A stretch of 64,000 bases of DNA from Psammoneis japonica (taxonomy: Eukaryota): assembly GCA_008632985.1 (NCBI GenBank), contig QPGO01000001.1, positions 364,600-428,599 of the forward strand. The letters run 5' to 3'. Below are positions 43,495-54,904 of the stretch, piece by piece. Positions within the stretch are counted from its first letter, which is position 1; each line of letters begins with the position of its first letter. The position numbers and the translations under genes are program-made. The notes below the pieces were generated by a model. It made no database searches. It had not been told where the DNA came from and saw only the letters and a program-made list of their open reading frames with translations.

Positions 43495-46100
43495 TAGAGA
43501 TGGTTAGCAGCGCTCTGCAGAAATTCCTTTTGTTGAAATTTTCCGCAGCCGGCCGGCGCGCGATGATGCGAAAATTTATGTTGCAGCCACGTGTTAGCAA
43601 GCGTGGCAGCGTCAACGCCGCTGCAATTTTCCAGCTGAAAAAGACAAATCTCCAGTACGACGACCACGTACAAAAATCGTGTAGATCGCTCCTCCGACCT
43701 TCGATGCGGGATGCGGCATGAAGCACAACAAACAACACGGACGTGTTGCTGCACGTGTCGTGCCAATACAGTTTTGGATATACTCCATTGCATAAGGTAC
43801 AAACCTGCAATATGATGTATTCTTGTATGCTTGATTGAATGCTGTGAAAGTGTTGTTGTGTCCTGCCATGTTCTTGTCATTCTCATCCCTTTTGCTTGGG
43901 TGTTATTTTGCAGCAAATAGCGTGATGCCGAATGAATTCGTTTTTGCGTTTGTTGGTGATATTTGCAGTGTAGATTCATTAAGCGGAATTAGGGCTTTCT
44001 AGTGACATTACTTTTGTTTTCATACCTTGAGTAGATCCAGATCCGCGGCTACCTGCAACCCCCCACTTGCGACCTTGCGCCCAAATCCCAATGGGTTTTG
44101 CTCAAACAGGCGTTGCTTTAGAACAACTTGGAATTATGACACAATCAATGGCAATAACATCCTCTAGAGATCAAGAGCTTTCTAATGGTGTTAGTTTTGT
44201 TTTCATGCCTTGAGTAGATCCAGATCTGAGGATGCCCGTAACCCCCCACTTGCGACTGTGCGCCCAAATCCCAATGGGTTTTGCTCAAACAGGCGTTGCT
44301 TTAGAACAACTTGGAATTATGACACAATCAATGGCAATAACATCATCTACAGAACAAGAGCTTTTTAATGGTGTTAGTTTTGTTTTCATGCCTTGAATAG
44401 ATCCAGATCTGCGGCTGCCCGTAACCCCGCACATGCCCTTGCACGCCCAAATCCCACAATGCGTTTTGCTCAAGTAGGCGTTGCTTTAGAACAACTCAGA
44501 ATTATGACACAATCAACGGCAATAACATCATCTACAGAACGAAAGCTTTCTAATGGTGTTGTTTTTGTTTTCATACCTTGAGTAGATCCAGATCTGTGGC
44601 TACCCGCAACTGCTAGCTAGCTGGTTTCCGCGCCCAAATCACATGAGTGCATTTTGCTCAGGCAGGCGTTGCTTTAGTATAACTCGGATTTATGACACAA
44701 TCAATAGCAATAACATCATCTACAGATTGAGAGCTTTCTAATGGTGTTAGTTTTGTTTTCATACCTTGAGTAGATCCAGATCTGCGGCTACCCGTAACCC
44801 CGCACATGCCCTTGCGCGCCAAAATCCCAATGCGTTTTGCTCAAGTAGGCGTTGCTTTAGTGTGACTCGGATTTATGACACAATCAATAGCAATAACATC
44901 ATCTACAGAACGAAAGCTTTCTAATGGTGTTATTTTTGTTTTCATACCTTGAGTAGATCCAGATCTGTGGCTACCCGCAACTGCTAGCTAGCTGGTTTCC
45001 GCGCCCAAATCACATGAGTGCATTTTGCTCAGGCAGGCGTTGCTTTAGTATAACTCGGATTTATGACACAATCAATGGCAATAACATCATCTACAGATTG
45101 AGAGCTTTCTAATGGTGTTAGTTTTGTTTTCATACCTTGAGTAGATCCAGATCTGCGGCTACCCGCAACTGCTGTGGCTAGCTGGTTTCCGCGCCAAAAT
45201 CGTAGTGCGTTTTGCTCAGGTGGGCGTTGCTTTAGAATAACTCGGATTTATGACACAATCAATGGCAATAACATCATCTACAGAATGAAAGCTTTCTAAT
45301 GATGATACTTTTATTTCCATACATCTAGCAGATCCGTGTTGTCATCCAGACATCATGCCAACCCCGCATTTGCGCGCCCAAATCCCAGTGCGTTTTGCTC
45401 TAGTGTGCATTGCTTTAGAACTACTTGGAATTATGACACAATCAATAGCAATAAAATCATCTACAGAACGAGAGGTTTCTAATGATGTTAGTTTTGTTTT
45501 CATACATTGAGTAGATCTAGAACTGCGGCTCCTCGCAACTACTCTCTAGCCAGCTGGTTTCCGCACCAAAATCATGGTGCGTTTGCTCAAGTAGCCGTTG
45601 CTTTACAATGACTCGGAATTATGACACAATCAATGGCAATAACAACATCTACAGAATGAGAGCATTCTAAGGAGGTAACTTTTGTTTTCACACCTTGAGC
45701 ATGTCTGAATCAGCGTCGATGCATCCAGTCGTCGGCTGGATCTTGCGCCAAATTCTCCCAGGTATTCAATGAATTGGGCATAACTTCAGAAGCAACAGAA
45801 GTGGAAGTGGAGTTTGATGTATGAGCCATATGATGAGGTTCTGGAGCTTTGTTATCAGCAGTCAACGACTGCGGCGCAGGGAGATAGGATCGATGCGACT
45901 CCAAATTTTTTTTTGCATCGATGCGCTGCTGAAATTTCTGGTTGAAAAAAGCTGAGGCCGAATTTTTTGCAAAAGACCGATGAAATGCGATTATTTTAGC
46001 TTACAATAACAAACTGTCTTCAGAAAAATTTTTGCACCCGGCCGGCGATGCAAATTCTCATTTCTGCAGAGATTTTTACATCGCTTGCTAACCATCCCTG
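43495..46100. mobile_element. hAT-like non-autonomous element enclosing a tandem array
   Basis: Ends TAGAGATGGTTAGCA and (reverse complement) CAGGGATGGTTAGCA resemble Ac termini. Subterminal CTCTGCAGAAAT and GCCGGCCGG are inverted at both ends. No 8-bp TSD visible. Confidence 0.5.
43995..45700. repeat. Tandem array of ~9 units of 183-188 bp
   Basis: Anchor CATACCTTGAG (or variant) at 44021, 44204, 44387, 44572, 44760, 44943, 45131, 45318, 45501, 45689. Confidence 0.95.
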
Positions 46101-46359
46101 CTTTGTGTCGGGTCGGTTGTCGGTCGGTGGGTCGCTACATTTTTCAGATTACTTGTCCGTCTATTTTTTTAATTATTATCCAGCCAAACCAACTCCCGGA
46201 CAAGACATTTTTTTTTTGGCCGATGCGAATTTGGATGTCACCCAACGAGAATTCTGAAGAACAGAACGATGATTTTTGCGAGTTTCAGTGATCGACAGCG
46301 ATTTCTTCACGTAGACTCTAGCATGATTTGCACATAAAAAAACACACAAGTGATTCAAC

Positions 46360-47955
46360 ATGAGCGACAACATCTCGAGCGAGGTTGAGGGAGACTCAAA
46401 GGCTTCAGATGACTCTTCTTTGATCGATTCAGCTTCATTCAAGTCAGAAGAAGCTGACGAAGCGTCCTGGGAGGAAACGGACAGCAATCCTGTAGTCAAC
46501 GGCGACATTTCTGCTGTCGAAGAATCTTCTGGCGATGATGAAAACGTCATGCCTTTGCCGAGGATGATTCCAAGGCCCCCCAAGAGGCCTGCTGATGGTC
46601 AAGACGACCGCAGTCCACCCAACAAGCGTTCGAAGCAATCAGGGGGATCGAAACCTCGCAACCCCCTTGCGGAAAGGAGCTTCAACAAGATCCAGCGGAA
46701 GCTCGAGCGCGCTGAAGCGGCGCTCGTCACTCAGCAGGAAGAAGCTGATGCCAACGACCATGCCGCTGCCAAGGCCGCCAGAGCCAGCGAACAAAAGCTC
46801 TCCAAGGTTGTGGAGCAGCTGGAAGGAAAGAAGGAGATCATTGCAGATGCCAAGAAAGAAGTTGCACAGCTGAAGAAGGAGGTGGCAGCTTCGAAGAGGA
46901 AAGCCACCGCTCTGGAGCGGAGCTCAGCTACTTCTGAGCTTAAAGCAGCAAGCGTGGATGCCAAGTTTCAGGCTTTGAAGTCTGTCAAGACAGATGCACA
47001 GCGGAGTTTGAGCCAGCTCAGGAAGGATCTGTTGTCAGAAGAGAAGAAGAGTGCCAAGCTGACTGAAAAAGGAGAGGAATGCCGCCGCGCCATCGCTCAG
47101 AGAGATGCGGAGACATCTGAGTGTAAAGCCAAGGTGAGGTCGCTTCAAGCTTTGGAGCATGAGAACAGTCGCATGAAGCTACAGTTGGTGGCAGACAGAA
47201 CCGAGAAAAGGGAACATGAGCGAGCAATGGCTCAATTTAAGTTGGAAGAGATGAAGCATGCGTCCATCAAGCGGCAGGAGGAAATGAAGATGAAGCTGGA
47301 GAAAGAAGCCGTCGTGCTTGAAGGAAAAAATTTTCTCCTGGCAAACAAGTCGAGACTCAAGCAAGAGGACAAAGAAAGAGAGAGCAAAAGGAAGGACAAG
47401 GAGCGCAAGGACAGGCTAGAATCTGCAAACGCTAGAATCGCCGTTGCCAGTGGAGTGAGTGGTCTGGGTTTTGCCAACCAAGGCATTTTGCAGTCGGCAA
47501 GTGCACGCAAGTGTCCTGAAACATCTCATCTGTTTGCATTGATCTGATGCTTTTATTGTTGGTCATGCCAGGCACTCCTTGATCGCCAGCGGCAACAGCT
47601 GAACGAGGTTCCGCCGGGAGCGTCTTTCGGCGCTCCGACTTTTCAGAATGCAGCGGCGCCTGCTCAGGCTGCTGCTGGACCTCCTGCGCCTGCTCAGGCT
47701 GCTGCCGGACCTCCTGCGCCTGCTCAGGCTGCTGCTGGACCTCCTTTGCTTCTTCCTTGTGGCTGGAAGGAAGCCAAGGATCCAGCAACAGGGAAAAGCC
47801 ATTGCTTCAACCAGTTGTTGGGGAAGACAACGTGGGATCGTCCGTTGCCGCCGCCGCCGCCTCTTCCGCCGCCGCCGTCGCCTCCGCAGGTTCCTCCTCC
47901 CCCACCCCCTCCAGATCCTTCTCTTAACTCAAAGACAACCTCCAAAAAAGGGTGA
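46360..47955 (+). CDS. Transposon cargo gene: acidic N-terminus, long coiled coil, APAQAAAGPP x3, WW domain, polyproline
   Basis: ORF 46360 splices in phase 0 over 47497-47571 (GCAAGT...CCAG) into LPCGWKEAKDPATGKSHCFNQLLGKTTWDRP. Confidence 0.7.
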
Positions 47956-48283
47956 TTCACTTTCAACAGCGATTTAGCATGAAATGCGTTCTGTCATCGG
48001 CCGCGTTGCTTCTAGGAATGCCATCAGCAATGTGCAATTTTAGGAATCCATTGTGCATGACTGCTTTGTTATGCTGTAATGTTGTCATTGCGACATGTCC
48101 AGACAGTGCTGCAGGATTTGCATTTGCTCTATCTCTAGTGCTGTTGCAATGACTCTAGCGTGTGTTCACCGAAAATTGTCGTTCGAAGCATTAGATCCAT
48201 CGTCGTTTCCTTGTTCACGACACGTTCTTGACAACACAATTGCAACATGCCCAGACAGCAGTGCCACTGTAATTGCATTTGCT

Positions 48284-49567
48284 CTAGTGGCTAGCGCCAT
48301 TATAATTACTGTCTACCTGGCATCCACAGAAAATCATCGTTTGAAGCATGAGATCCACCGTCATTTCATCAAGAATCTGCCGAACGAAGCACATGATGGC
48401 ATCCTGATGAGGACGTGGCAAAACAAGGCTAAAGCCTTTCAAACGCTGGACCAATGTTTGGAACATAAGCTCAATGGGGTTTAACTCTGGTGAGCATCTT
48501 GGAAGATACACCACCAACACATTCATGGGATTTCCGTCGGGACCCATCGTGTTCCACAGCAAATCTTGAAGCATGTCGGCATCCCCGGCCTTGTGGATGG
48601 TGCAATTGTCCAAGATTAACACATCAAAGCGATTGAACCATCCAGATGCCAACACGTGCTCCATAAATGCAACAAACGCTGCGCTTGTCCCATTGTCCTC
48701 CCCGACTGTGTGCGTGATGGGAGCTTTTGTTGCGTCAACCCCCATGCACGCGAGAAGATTATAACGCTTCCGAAAGTCCCCGTCAACCACGACATTGTCA
48801 CATGTTCCACTAACAGGGTTAACACGGGCCTTCCTTGAGAAAAAATCTCCCCCTTCAAGATGCTTTTCGTCGGCAAACTTGAATCGCAAGGGATTGAGTT
48901 GCGACACGAACTGCACGAAGTCACAGCAGTGCGCAATGTTTTCTGGTCTGAATTTGTCAAGTGGAACATTGCTGGTTGCTTTGAATTTTCCTTTGAAGGC
49001 AAACCTTGAAGCAAACCATTCTGAGATGAATGATGCAGACACAATGGTGCCTGTGGCTGCGAACAGCTCTTGTACATGGCTCTCGTCAGTTCTTGTTGGA
49101 TCTACGAAACGAAGCCAAAGAAGAAAGCTTTCCTCCTCTGGTGTCAAACAAACACTTCCAACACCTTGACACCACTGTTGTCGACTTCTCAATTCATTAG
49201 GGTGCATCACCATGCCCTCGATGTCCACTTCATTCTTTATTTTGTCGGCGAAATCCCAGCCAACCTTGCAAGCTCTTGCAAGCGCAGCGGTGTCGGGGAC
49301 TTCTCCAAGCACAGTTTTTAGCTCTTCATGCACCCTTGCAACCTCTGACTTCTCCAGGCATGGGCATGACTTTCCGGGAGCATAGATTCCACCATTGGAA
49401 TTGATTTCAAACCTTTCAGTCATGCTGACAATCCTGGGAAAACTCGGTTTCAGCACCGCTCTTGAAAACCACCTCCCGCTTTTCACACGCTCCACCTTGT
49501 CGAGCAGGATTTCAAAATCAAACAGCATGTTAAAAGAAGCACTCTTTAGAGCACATGTCTTGGCCAA
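48284..49567 (-). CDS. IS630/Tc1-like DDE transposase (likely start ATG at 49423), partly mutated
   Basis: FADEKH...LILDNCTIH...YLPRCSPELNPIELMF, the DDE_3 signature. Confidence 0.9.
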   Translation of the reverse strand: MAKTCALKSASFNMLFDFEILLDKVERVKSGRWFSRAVLKPSFPRIVSMTERFEINSNGGIYAPGKSCPCLEKSEVARVHEELKTVLGEVPDTAALARACKVGWDFADKIKNEVDIEGMVMHPNELRSRQQWCQGVGSVCLTPEEESFLLWLRFVDPTRTDESHVQELFAATGTIVSASFISEWFASRFAFKGKFKATSNVPLDKFRPENIAHCCDFVQFVSQLNPLRFKFADEKHLEGGDFFSRKARVNPVSGTCDNVVVDGDFRKRYNLLACMGVDATKAPITHTVGEDNGTSAAFVAFMEHVLASGWFNRFDVLILDNCTIHKAGDADMLQDLLWNTMGPDGNPMNVLVVYLPRCSPELNPIELMFQTLVQRLKGFSLVLPRPHQDAIMCFVRQILDEMTVDLMLQTMIFCGCQVDSNYNGASH

Positions 49568-49859
49568 AACATCGGTGGGATGGTTGTTGTCTCACCGCAC
49601 GCTTGCCGGCCATGGTGCAAAGAAAACTTTGACAGGCGAGGAGTTCAAGCACAGGATGCATGCCGAAACCCTACGTGCATGATTTGCTCCTCTGACGCTT
49701 CTTCGAAAAAAAGCAGCGCGTGCATCCAACGAGAAGCCGTGACTCGCATCCAAGATTGTTTGACCCCACGCAGAATTGCACGCATCCGGGAGTTGGTTTG
49801 GCTGGACAATGGGGGACCTCCCCGAAAAATTGAAATGTTTCAATCCGATCCACGTGCTG

Positions 49860-50596
49860 CAAGTAAAAAACCGGTCTGTCCTCCACTTTTTGGTGTCTGT
49901 GTAAAAGTCGATTTTGTTTCCAAAATCGATCGGTTTTTCACTGTGCAATGCTTCTCATGTCTTCTGGCATTGTCAATTGACATGCTCTCATGCCTGCATT
50001 TGCCAGGTTCACGGTTCTGAACGCCATTGCTGCTGTCGCAAGAAGGGCCTTTTTTCGCTCCAAGAGGACAGACCGGTCGGCAGTGGAATTCTGCGTGGCG
50101 ATGTACCGAGAAATTTACACAGTTTTTTTTTTGCATCCGACGTCAATCGCTTGGCCATTGTTTCTCGCAACGGCAGCATGGCAAGTCCACAATGTAGACT
50201 CTTGTCGAATGACATGGGCCCACAAGCTGTCCTTCATTGTTGTTTTGCCTTGTTACTCGCATTTAGTGTGCCGGCATTTGTCACGCATTAGAATTGGACA
50301 ATTTAAAAAACACACATCAACGAGGATAATTAATGATGTAAAATCTGTGTAAATTCTCAAACCGTGGATTTTTTTTAGAAAATGGCGATGTGCCGTCTTT
50401 GGCCCCCAATTGTGCCATGATGCAACCTTCTGTCATCCCGCTGTTGTTGCAAGGATCTCCATTGACCTTCTGGCCGATGCCAGCAGATGGGGTTTGCGTG
50501 TCGAACAACGGGAAGCCACTCTTAGAGTGGTTTTACACAGTTTGCTGTTGCAAGAGGACAGACCGGTCGGAAGAGGACAGACCGGTTTTTTACTTG
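49860..50596. mobile_element. Tc1/mariner-type MITE, perfect 24-bp TIRs
   Basis: CAAGTAAAAAACCGGTCTGTCCTC and its reverse complement at 50573-50596. Flanks TG (49858-9) and TA (50597-8). Confidence 0.85.
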
Positions 50597-50598
50597 TA

Positions 50599-51799
50599 CA
50601 AATTGCTGAACACTTGTCACTCTTTGCACGCAAAGCGCGTTCGATCGCTCTGAAGAGGAAATTTTCCATTCGTTGTTCGTTTGTACCAGGCTGCGTAGAA
50701 TTCTACAGAAACTCCGACGTTTCAGCCGCGCTTCTCGCAAAACAACACGCGACAATGCGGGGAACACCGTCGGCAGTTTGCGACAACTTTCCCTCTCTAA
50801 CAAAAGAATGGAAATGACAGTGTTTGTTCATGGGAATTATTGACACCTTTAGCACAATGTTGATCGCAAGGAGTTGCAGGATGCAGGATGCCACTGTGTG
50901 AGAACAGCACTGCAAAACAAGACGACAATGTTTGGCGTGGCAAACACAACTGTGCCGAAACTCAAACGCCTGTCAATGACAAGCATTCTATTCAATCATT
51001 CAACAATGCTGCCTTCATTCCTAGATCTGTCACCTGCAAAGCTAAATTGAAATTTCTGCTGTCTTCTTCGCGTTGTGCCATTGAGAGCCGACAGCGAGTC
51101 ACTTGCTCTGCCAATGCAGAGAATGTTTTTGATGTTTGCACTGCATGCAATGCATTCAATGTCTCCATCAGTGACATGCAACTCTTCCTTCCAGCATGTC
51201 TGTCACGCACACTTTTGCTCAATGGACTGCGTTGCCCGGTTCAAGATCCCACTCATGAGAGAGACGAGATGAGCGCTCCATTTCTCTCTTGCACGAGCCA
51301 TTTGTGGCCCTCTCATCACCTCGAATGTCCACACTGCAACACCAAATGTTCAACATTCGAATGACATTCACCAGCTTCGGTTGATGAAAGATCAGTTGAG
51401 CCTCAATGCCACTGAACAAAAGCAAACACCACGCGACATGCCAGCTGGGATGTCAAAATGGCGCAGACAGAGAACAAATGTGAGTGAAAGCACCAATGGA
51501 AACAATGCAAGCAACAAAGCTCTCTTTCATTGCCATTGAGAGCGTGCTGAAACACGGGAGAGTTGTGAAAATCGGCAGAATCGATGGCAATGGGCACTGC
51601 CATTGTCGGATGCCATGCATCCTCGTGCTTCACCGCGTGTTGTTGGTGGTGGTCGGAGGGAGGAGTCGGAAAGCAGCAAGACTTTGCGCTGTGCTTTTCT
51701 ACGTGGCCTGGTGCAAGCAAGCCAACGAAAGGAAATTTTCCTCTTCAGGGCGATCGAAGGCGCTTTACGCGCGAAAAGTGACAAGTGTTCAGCAATTTG
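50599..51799. mobile_element. Tc1/mariner-type non-autonomous element, ~69-bp TIRs
   Basis: CAAATTGCTGAACACTTGTCACT...GAAGAGGAAA inverted at 51731-51799. Flanks TA (50597-8) and CA (51800-1). Confidence 0.85.
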
Positions 51800-52355
51800 C
51801 AGTGGATTCACACACGGAAAAACACACCATGACCAACCATCAGCCATCAGATGGAGTGAAGTAACCTCTTGAGTGTTGGTGTGGCATGTCACAGTGGCGC
51901 ACAAGATGGTGTGCAATGCTGCTGCAAAGAATGATGAATGGAAAAACAAAGAAAATGCGAAAACACGTTCCCCCCTAAAAAGACCGCACACCGACACGGG
52001 ACAATTGTGAGAAGCCGAGGGCTCCGCACTCGAGAGACTTGAGAATGATTCGTTTGCAACGTTTTCTTGCTGGAAACAAAGATTGTTTGGCAAGAGAACA
52101 GCACAGACTGAATCTTCATCCAGTCGAGCGAATGCTCAGTCGATGGAGGAACTGCGCGCGGAATCGAAAATGCTTGTTGCGAGTGTTGGCACACCGCAGC
52201 ATCAAAAGAGCCCATGTGTTGCGAGGACAGGAGCTCATCCCATTGGCTCTTTATGCAGATTTTACAGAACATTGTTCACAAGCTGCAAATGTTCTTTAGC
52301 CTGGGCCTTGTTGGCTTTGCATGGCTGCTGACAGATTGTCTCGATTTGTCAGGAA

Positions 52356-53548
52356 CTTAGTTTGGTTTCACCCATTTGGGGATTCCCCAAAATGGCAAGG
52401 GCAAGGGGGAATTGCCTTGCCCTTTTGGGCAATTCCCGGGAAATGAGGGCAATTTGGCGGGAAGGAACGACTGAAAGGGGTCAGGGGAAGGAACGACTGA
52501 AAGGGGTCAGGGGAAGGAACAAAAAATGAGTGTGGCGCGGCAATTCCCGGTGGATGTTGGTTGGGCGGGTGTGCTTTTTGTCCCATTGTGCCACTTGCTG
52601 CGCAGCGCTGGGCGACAACCATGATGGATGCATCGGCACATCAACACAAAGTGGCCCCTTGTGGTAGAGTGAGGGAGCAGCACACTTCACCATTGGATCA
52701 TGCACATCGACATTGCTCACATGCGGCTCCAATTTTGCCTCTGACTTTGCTCTAGAGCCCTTGTGGTTTGCATTTGTGACCACACGACACAAGACGGAAA
52801 AAATGACACACTGTGTTCTGCACACAAGATGGGTCAAAGGGAAGAATGAACATTGTCAATCAATCCTCCATGTTTTTTGTAGTCGTGTGTGGTTCTAATT
52901 TTGCCCCAGTCTTCACTCTAGATGCCTCATGGCTTGCATTTGTGACTTCACGACAAAAGAGTGTTTTTGACAGTTCGCTTCATTCACACATGAGACACGT
53001 CAATTGGAAGAACTGGGGTGACTGTTCAATCCACCACAACATTGTCACTGGCTGTGCATGGTTCCACTTTTGCCTTGGCCATTGCTGTGCACCTCATGGC
53101 TTGCATTTGTGACTGCACGACAAAAGAACAAATGACGACTGACGATCAATTGCACCAGCATTCTGCACATGAGCCAAAATGTTTCATCTTGTGTTTTGTG
53201 CTGTAGATCCCATTCAGTCCACATTGTTGAATGCATTGAACGGTGCCATGATTGATCGACAAAAGCCATCACAAATGGGACGCGAACGCGCCATGGTGTG
53301 TTGCACATCATTTTTGTTTCGCTCGGTTGGTCGACTTGTCATCCCTGCACGTAGAAGGCACAGAAATGTACGAGAGGGGAAGCACGGGGAATTCCCAATG
53401 TATGATTTTTTATCAATGTATGAAGATTGCATGCAGCGAGCATCATTCGTCGCGATTCCCCGGGAAATCATGCTTCCCGTGGAAAATCACGGTGAAAGGT
53501 GGCAATCCCGGGGAATTTTGGGGAATCCCGCGGCAAAACCAAACTGAG
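52356..53548. mobile_element. Non-autonomous DNA transposon with 8-bp TSD (hAT-like by TSD length)
   Basis: GTCAGGAA at 52348-52355 and 53549-53556. Ends CTTAGTTTGGTTT and (reverse complement) CTCAGTTTGGTTT, with subterminal GGGATTCCCCAAAAT. Confidence 0.8.
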
Positions 53549-54904
53549 GTCAGGAAATGTGCTGCAGATTCTACTGAGACATTCAGTTTAACAGAAGTTG
53601 CCATTGATCTCTTCTTGTCTCCTGTGTCCTCTTTTCCACTGTGAGCCAGCCCATCCAGCCATCTACAACGGGGTTCCTGGTCTTTTCAGACAACTCAAGA
53701 TGCTCAGGAAGACTCTTTGCTTAGACTTGCAACCAATCCCTTCATCTCCAGCTGGTTGATGGCGGCTTCCTCATCTTGGCAATCGCAATCAATGCAATGT
53801 CATGCGGCGCCTTTCTTGCTTTGCATGTTGCAATTTGATGCTCACATCCAGAGAGCGGAGGTGGCCAATCTGGATCAGGAACAACACCAAACTTGCCGAA
53901 CTCCCACGAGGAACATGCAGCAGACGCTGACGTGCCGTTTTATGTGACCAAAGCAACAAAGCCAACCGACTCATCCGCTGGCACTCGATTGATTGTTTGG
54001 CCAGTTTTTCAAGTTTGGAAGAAAGTGACTTTTGAAGATTCACAACAGTGCACTCTGAAACATGTTTGCCAAGTGCACCATGTCCGTCAAAAACTCAAAG
54101 CAGGCGATTGTCAGGCACGTCACTGACCACCCACCTCCGAAGCAGGGTCGTCATCATCTTCCGTGTGCCCACGAGTGCGAAAGGGTGATGCAACAAAAGC
54201 TTGATGTCCTGATTAATTTGAGATGATGTCCTTCCACCGTTTCACCCAATCAGCACTGATGTTCCATAAAATGAACATTTTTCTTCAAATCCTGGGCTCT
54301 GTCATGGGCAAAGGCTGCGTTGACACTTGGCGCAGTTGTTGCTCCCACAACATGAACGAAATCTGCTTTGGACACATTGTGACGCGGCCGACAAATCAAG
54401 AAATTTGAGCAAACAACCACAAACAACCACCAGGTCTTTTCTTGAGCACCACAAAGTTGCAAGTGACGGACATCAGCCGACCCTGGGGCAACCTGAACGC
54501 ATCAAACACATGAGTTGCCTCGAGCTCGATGCAGCGCGGCATTTGAGAAGCTTTTTCTTTTTTGTTGTCGTGAACAATCCCATTTGATTTCTTGAGGCTC
54601 ACAAACACCCAACCAACGCGGTTGAGGAAGTCGGAAGGCCCGAGGGTTGCTGCAACGCCGGTGTTCATCTTTGTCATGCCATGGTGTTTTTCGCCCGTTG
54701 CTCTCCACGCGGTCCACTCGGAAATTCGCTGGCTTGGATTGAAACATTTCAATTTTTCAGAGAGGTCCCCTAATTAAAAAAATCGACGGACAAGTGATCT
54801 GAAAAATGTAGCGATGCGCATTCTCGCTCGCTCACTCGCTCGCTCGCTCCTCGCTCGGCGACCGGCGACTTCCGCAGATACTGTTTTTCTTTACATGTAC
54901 CACC

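Larger units (their letters stand above)
46176..49809. mobile_element. Tc1/IS630-superfamily transposon, 25-bp TIRs, TA target, two convergent genes
   Basis: TTATCCAGCCAAACCAACTCCCGGA versus reverse complement of 49785-49809 (24/25). Flanks TA (46174-5) and TG (49810-1). The empty-site sequence is visible at 54736-54814. Confidence 0.9.
46132..54814. mobile_element. Outer element defined by a ~79-bp inverted repeat whose left copy is split by a Tc1/IS630 insertion
   Basis: 46132-46175 + 49812-49846 match the reverse complement of 54736-54814. No TSD recognised. Confidence 0.65.

Noticed and set aside
43995..45700. CRISPR-like constant/variable array
   Set aside because: The constant part is ~125 bp, the variable parts are homologous to each other, there are no cas genes, and the context is eukaryotic.
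43995..45700. Repeated minus-strand exon/intron cassette (AAG|GTATGA...AG) or repeated 34-aa ORF MKTKLTPLES...
   Set aside because: The 185-188 bp units break frame or contain stops, and one copy has a stop inside the small ORF. Not supportable without RNA data.
46360..47955. Fanzor/TnpB nuclease beside an IS630 transposase
   Set aside because: No RuvC or zinc-finger motifs visible; the protein is coiled coil plus WW.
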